Positions 34,423 through 35,777 of a DNA stretch of 35,777 nt are shown piece by piece. A model generated the notes under the pieces. It ran no database searches and was not told the DNA's origin. It worked only from the letters and a program-made list of their open reading frames with translations. Origin of the DNA: a virus (Duplodnaviria > Caudoviricetes). Every line of letters starts with the position of its first letter. Position 1 is the stretch's first letter. A program made the translations under genes and the position numbers. The DNA lies in IMG/VR virus record IMGVR_UViG_3300008255_000273, positions 1-35,777 of that record; one strand, written 5' to 3'.

Positions 34423-34757
34423 TGACAGGTAAAAAGTTTGATTCAGGAAATAAAGTTAGGTGGGATTGTGTTCCTTGGGAAATCATTGAAGGAGTAGCAA
34501 AGGCAATGACCTATGGTGCAGTTAAATATAATGAAAACCCTGATAACCCTAATTGGATAAAGGTTGAGAATGGGAAACACCGTTATTTTGCAGCTATGAT
34601 GAGACACTTTACGGAAGACCTTAAAGGAGATGTTTTTGATAAAGACGCAAAGGAATCTTTTGATATGGATATAGAGCATTTAGATATGTTTTTATTTAAT
34701 GCTGTTGCGTATGTTTATTTTAAGAGGAATGAAAGAACCAAAAAGTTTATAAAGTAA
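34422..34757 (+). CDS. DUF5664 dATP/dGTP diphosphohydrolase-like protein
   Basis: GKKFDSG.K.RWD.VP...A.AMTYGA.KY...NW...RY.AA..RH. Confidence 0.8.
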   Translation: MTGKKFDSGNKVRWDCVPWEIIEGVAKAMTYGAVKYNENPDNPNWIKVENGKHRYFAAMMRHFTEDLKGDVFDKDAKESFDMDIEHLDMFLFNAVAYVYFKRNERTKKFIK

Positions 34758-34779
34758 AATTTTAATACTTATACTAAAA

Positions 34780-34962
34780 ATGAACGATTATAAATTATAT
34801 GAAGAGTCTCGGAAAACAGTAGAGTTTTTAATTTGTGATAAGGAAGAAGAGATTAAAAAATTGGAGTCCGAAATATTTTATTTGAAGAAAACCAAAAGAA
34901 TGCTTTCAGAAAATGAATATAAATGTATAACAGAAAACAAAAAGAGTGATTTAATTGGATAA
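34780..34962 (+). CDS. Small coiled-coil hypothetical protein
   Basis: 60-aa ORF after the BRE/TATA CCAAAAAG TTTATAAA at about 34738-34753. Confidence 0.5.
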   Translation: MNDYKLYEESRKTVEFLICDKEEEIKKLESEIFYLKKTKRMLSENEYKCITENKKSDLIG

Positions 34963-35638
34963 CACACCTAAACTAAGCAAGTCAGCAATAGGAACTTATG
35001 ACAGTTGCCCTCATCAATATAAGTTAAGATATATTATGGGAATGCAACCTGCACCTTCCCCTATTATGCAGAGAGGTACTGAAATACATGACCTATGTGA
35101 CACATTCTTTGACGGTGTAAACACAATGGAAGGAGCTGTTAATAAATTACTACAGAGTGAACTAGCATTGAAATACAAAGACCAAATGAAGAATTTTATA
35201 TCTTTTATTAAGCACATTAGTAATGGAAAATTTCGCACTCCTTTAATGAAAGAAAAAAAGTTTTTCAACGAAGAGTGGAATTTTACTTTTATTTCGGATG
35301 CTATTTATGAAGATGACCAAGGAAACTTGTTATTACTCGATTATAAAACAGGAAAGACAAGAGGAGTAAGTCATCATAGATTTGAGTTGGCTGTCTATGT
35401 TTTCTTTACTGAGATATTATTAAATCGAAAAATTAAATTTTGGGGTATTCTATTTTTAGACGAACCTGATTTTAGTAAAGCTTTTGATTACGAGGAAGTT
35501 ATTCCTAAGGAAATTGAAAAAGCCAAGTTAAAAATTAAAAATACAAGAATGAAAATAAGAATGGAACAATTCCCAAAGAAGCCAAAGTACGGTTGCGAAT
35601 GGTGTGGGTTTTATGGTAATGGGTGTGAGGGTAAATAA
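34955..35638 (+). CDS. Cas4/RecB-like PD-(D/E)XK exonuclease with Fe-S cysteines
   Basis: LSKS...Y..CP, RGTEIH, SDAI, DYKTG, ELAVY, CEWCGF...C. Confidence 0.88.
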   Translation: MDNTPKLSKSAIGTYDSCPHQYKLRYIMGMQPAPSPIMQRGTEIHDLCDTFFDGVNTMEGAVNKLLQSELALKYKDQMKNFISFIKHISNGKFRTPLMKEKKFFNEEWNFTFISDAIYEDDQGNLLLLDYKTGKTRGVSHHRFELAVYVFFTEILLNRKIKFWGILFLDEPDFSKAFDYEEVIPKEIEKAKLKIKNTRMKIRMEQFPKKPKYGCEWCGFYGNGCEGK

Positions 35639-35777
35639 ATGGACTTAGAAAATTTTACAAAAAAGAATGACAAATTTGTGAGTGACGTGGAAACTGGTGG
35701 GTTCGACCCAAATATAAATGGATTGTGTAGTATAGCAATTAAAGCTTTTAATGAAGATAAAAGATTAAATATATTTA
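35639..35777 (+). CDS. DEDDh (DnaQ-like) 3'-5' exonuclease, partial
   Basis: MDLENFTKKNDKFVSDVETGGFDPNINGLCSIA contains ExoI DVETGG; truncated by the window end. Confidence 0.7.
   Translation, partial: MDLENFTKKNDKFVSDVETGGFDPNINGLCSIAIKAFNEDKRLNIF

Noticed and set aside
32530-34757. 2-aminoadenine (dZ) system suggested by PolA + DUF5664
   Set aside because: No PurZ/PurA-like gene in the window; it cannot be excluded elsewhere in the genome.
1697-35268. Antisense ORFs in the track (e.g. 1697-1960, 2129-2347, 6881-7390, 9927-10226, 13701-14099, 15071-15814, 16732-17328, 26442-26708, 31431-31643, 35014-35268)
   Set aside because: They lie opposite motif-supported genes, are S/F/L-rich and lack an RBS or promoter.
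34955-35638. CRISPR-Cas locus or mini-array
   Set aside because: A solo Cas4-like nuclease is common in viral replication modules; no repeat-spacer array or other cas gene was seen, and the repeats at 14.3-14.6 kb are too short and irregular.

Overview
This window is a 35.8-kb, AT-rich (roughly 30% GC by eye) segment of a head-tail (Caudoviricetes-like) virus of an archaeal host. The host call rests on BRE+TATA promoters, GGTGA/GGAGG Shine-Dalgarno sites, a tRNA-Gly with an A73 discriminator, and PCNA/RFC/Pth2 genes. The left arm (1-14.2 kb, mostly minus strand) holds the packaging genes (HNH, candidate TerS, TerL, portal fused to a MuF/gp7 domain), two tRNAs plus a third structured RNA, a PduO cobalamin adenosyltransferase, RNA-ligase and phosphatase genes, and many small ORFs. 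A repeat-rich strand-switch region (14.2-14.6 kb, candidate origin/operator) and an MCM-like ATPase follow. The right arm (+ strand) holds a DNA ligase, denV, Pth2, PcfJ, an SSB-like protein, a Sak4-like ATPase, PCNA, RFC, a 7-deazaguanine cluster (queD-queE-PRTase-folE-methyltransferase-atypical queC-TGT/DpdA), a family A DNA polymerase, DUF5664 and nucleases. Four observations stand out. (1) A preQ1-I-like H-type pseudoknot at the start of the queD transcript sequesters its ribosome-binding site, a candidate riboswitch in an archaeal virus. (2) The deazaguanine pathway is non-standard: it has a SAM methyltransferase, a PRTase and a QueC lacking YPDC, and no QueF/ArcS in the window. (3) A Qx[ST]LLG clamp-binding-like motif is shared by the TGT C-terminus and a thumb insertion of PolA, suggesting PCNA-coupled replication and modification. 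(4) The RNA ligase N-terminus is joined through a U_UUA_AAG slippery site. All assignments come from motif recognition by eye; no searches were run.
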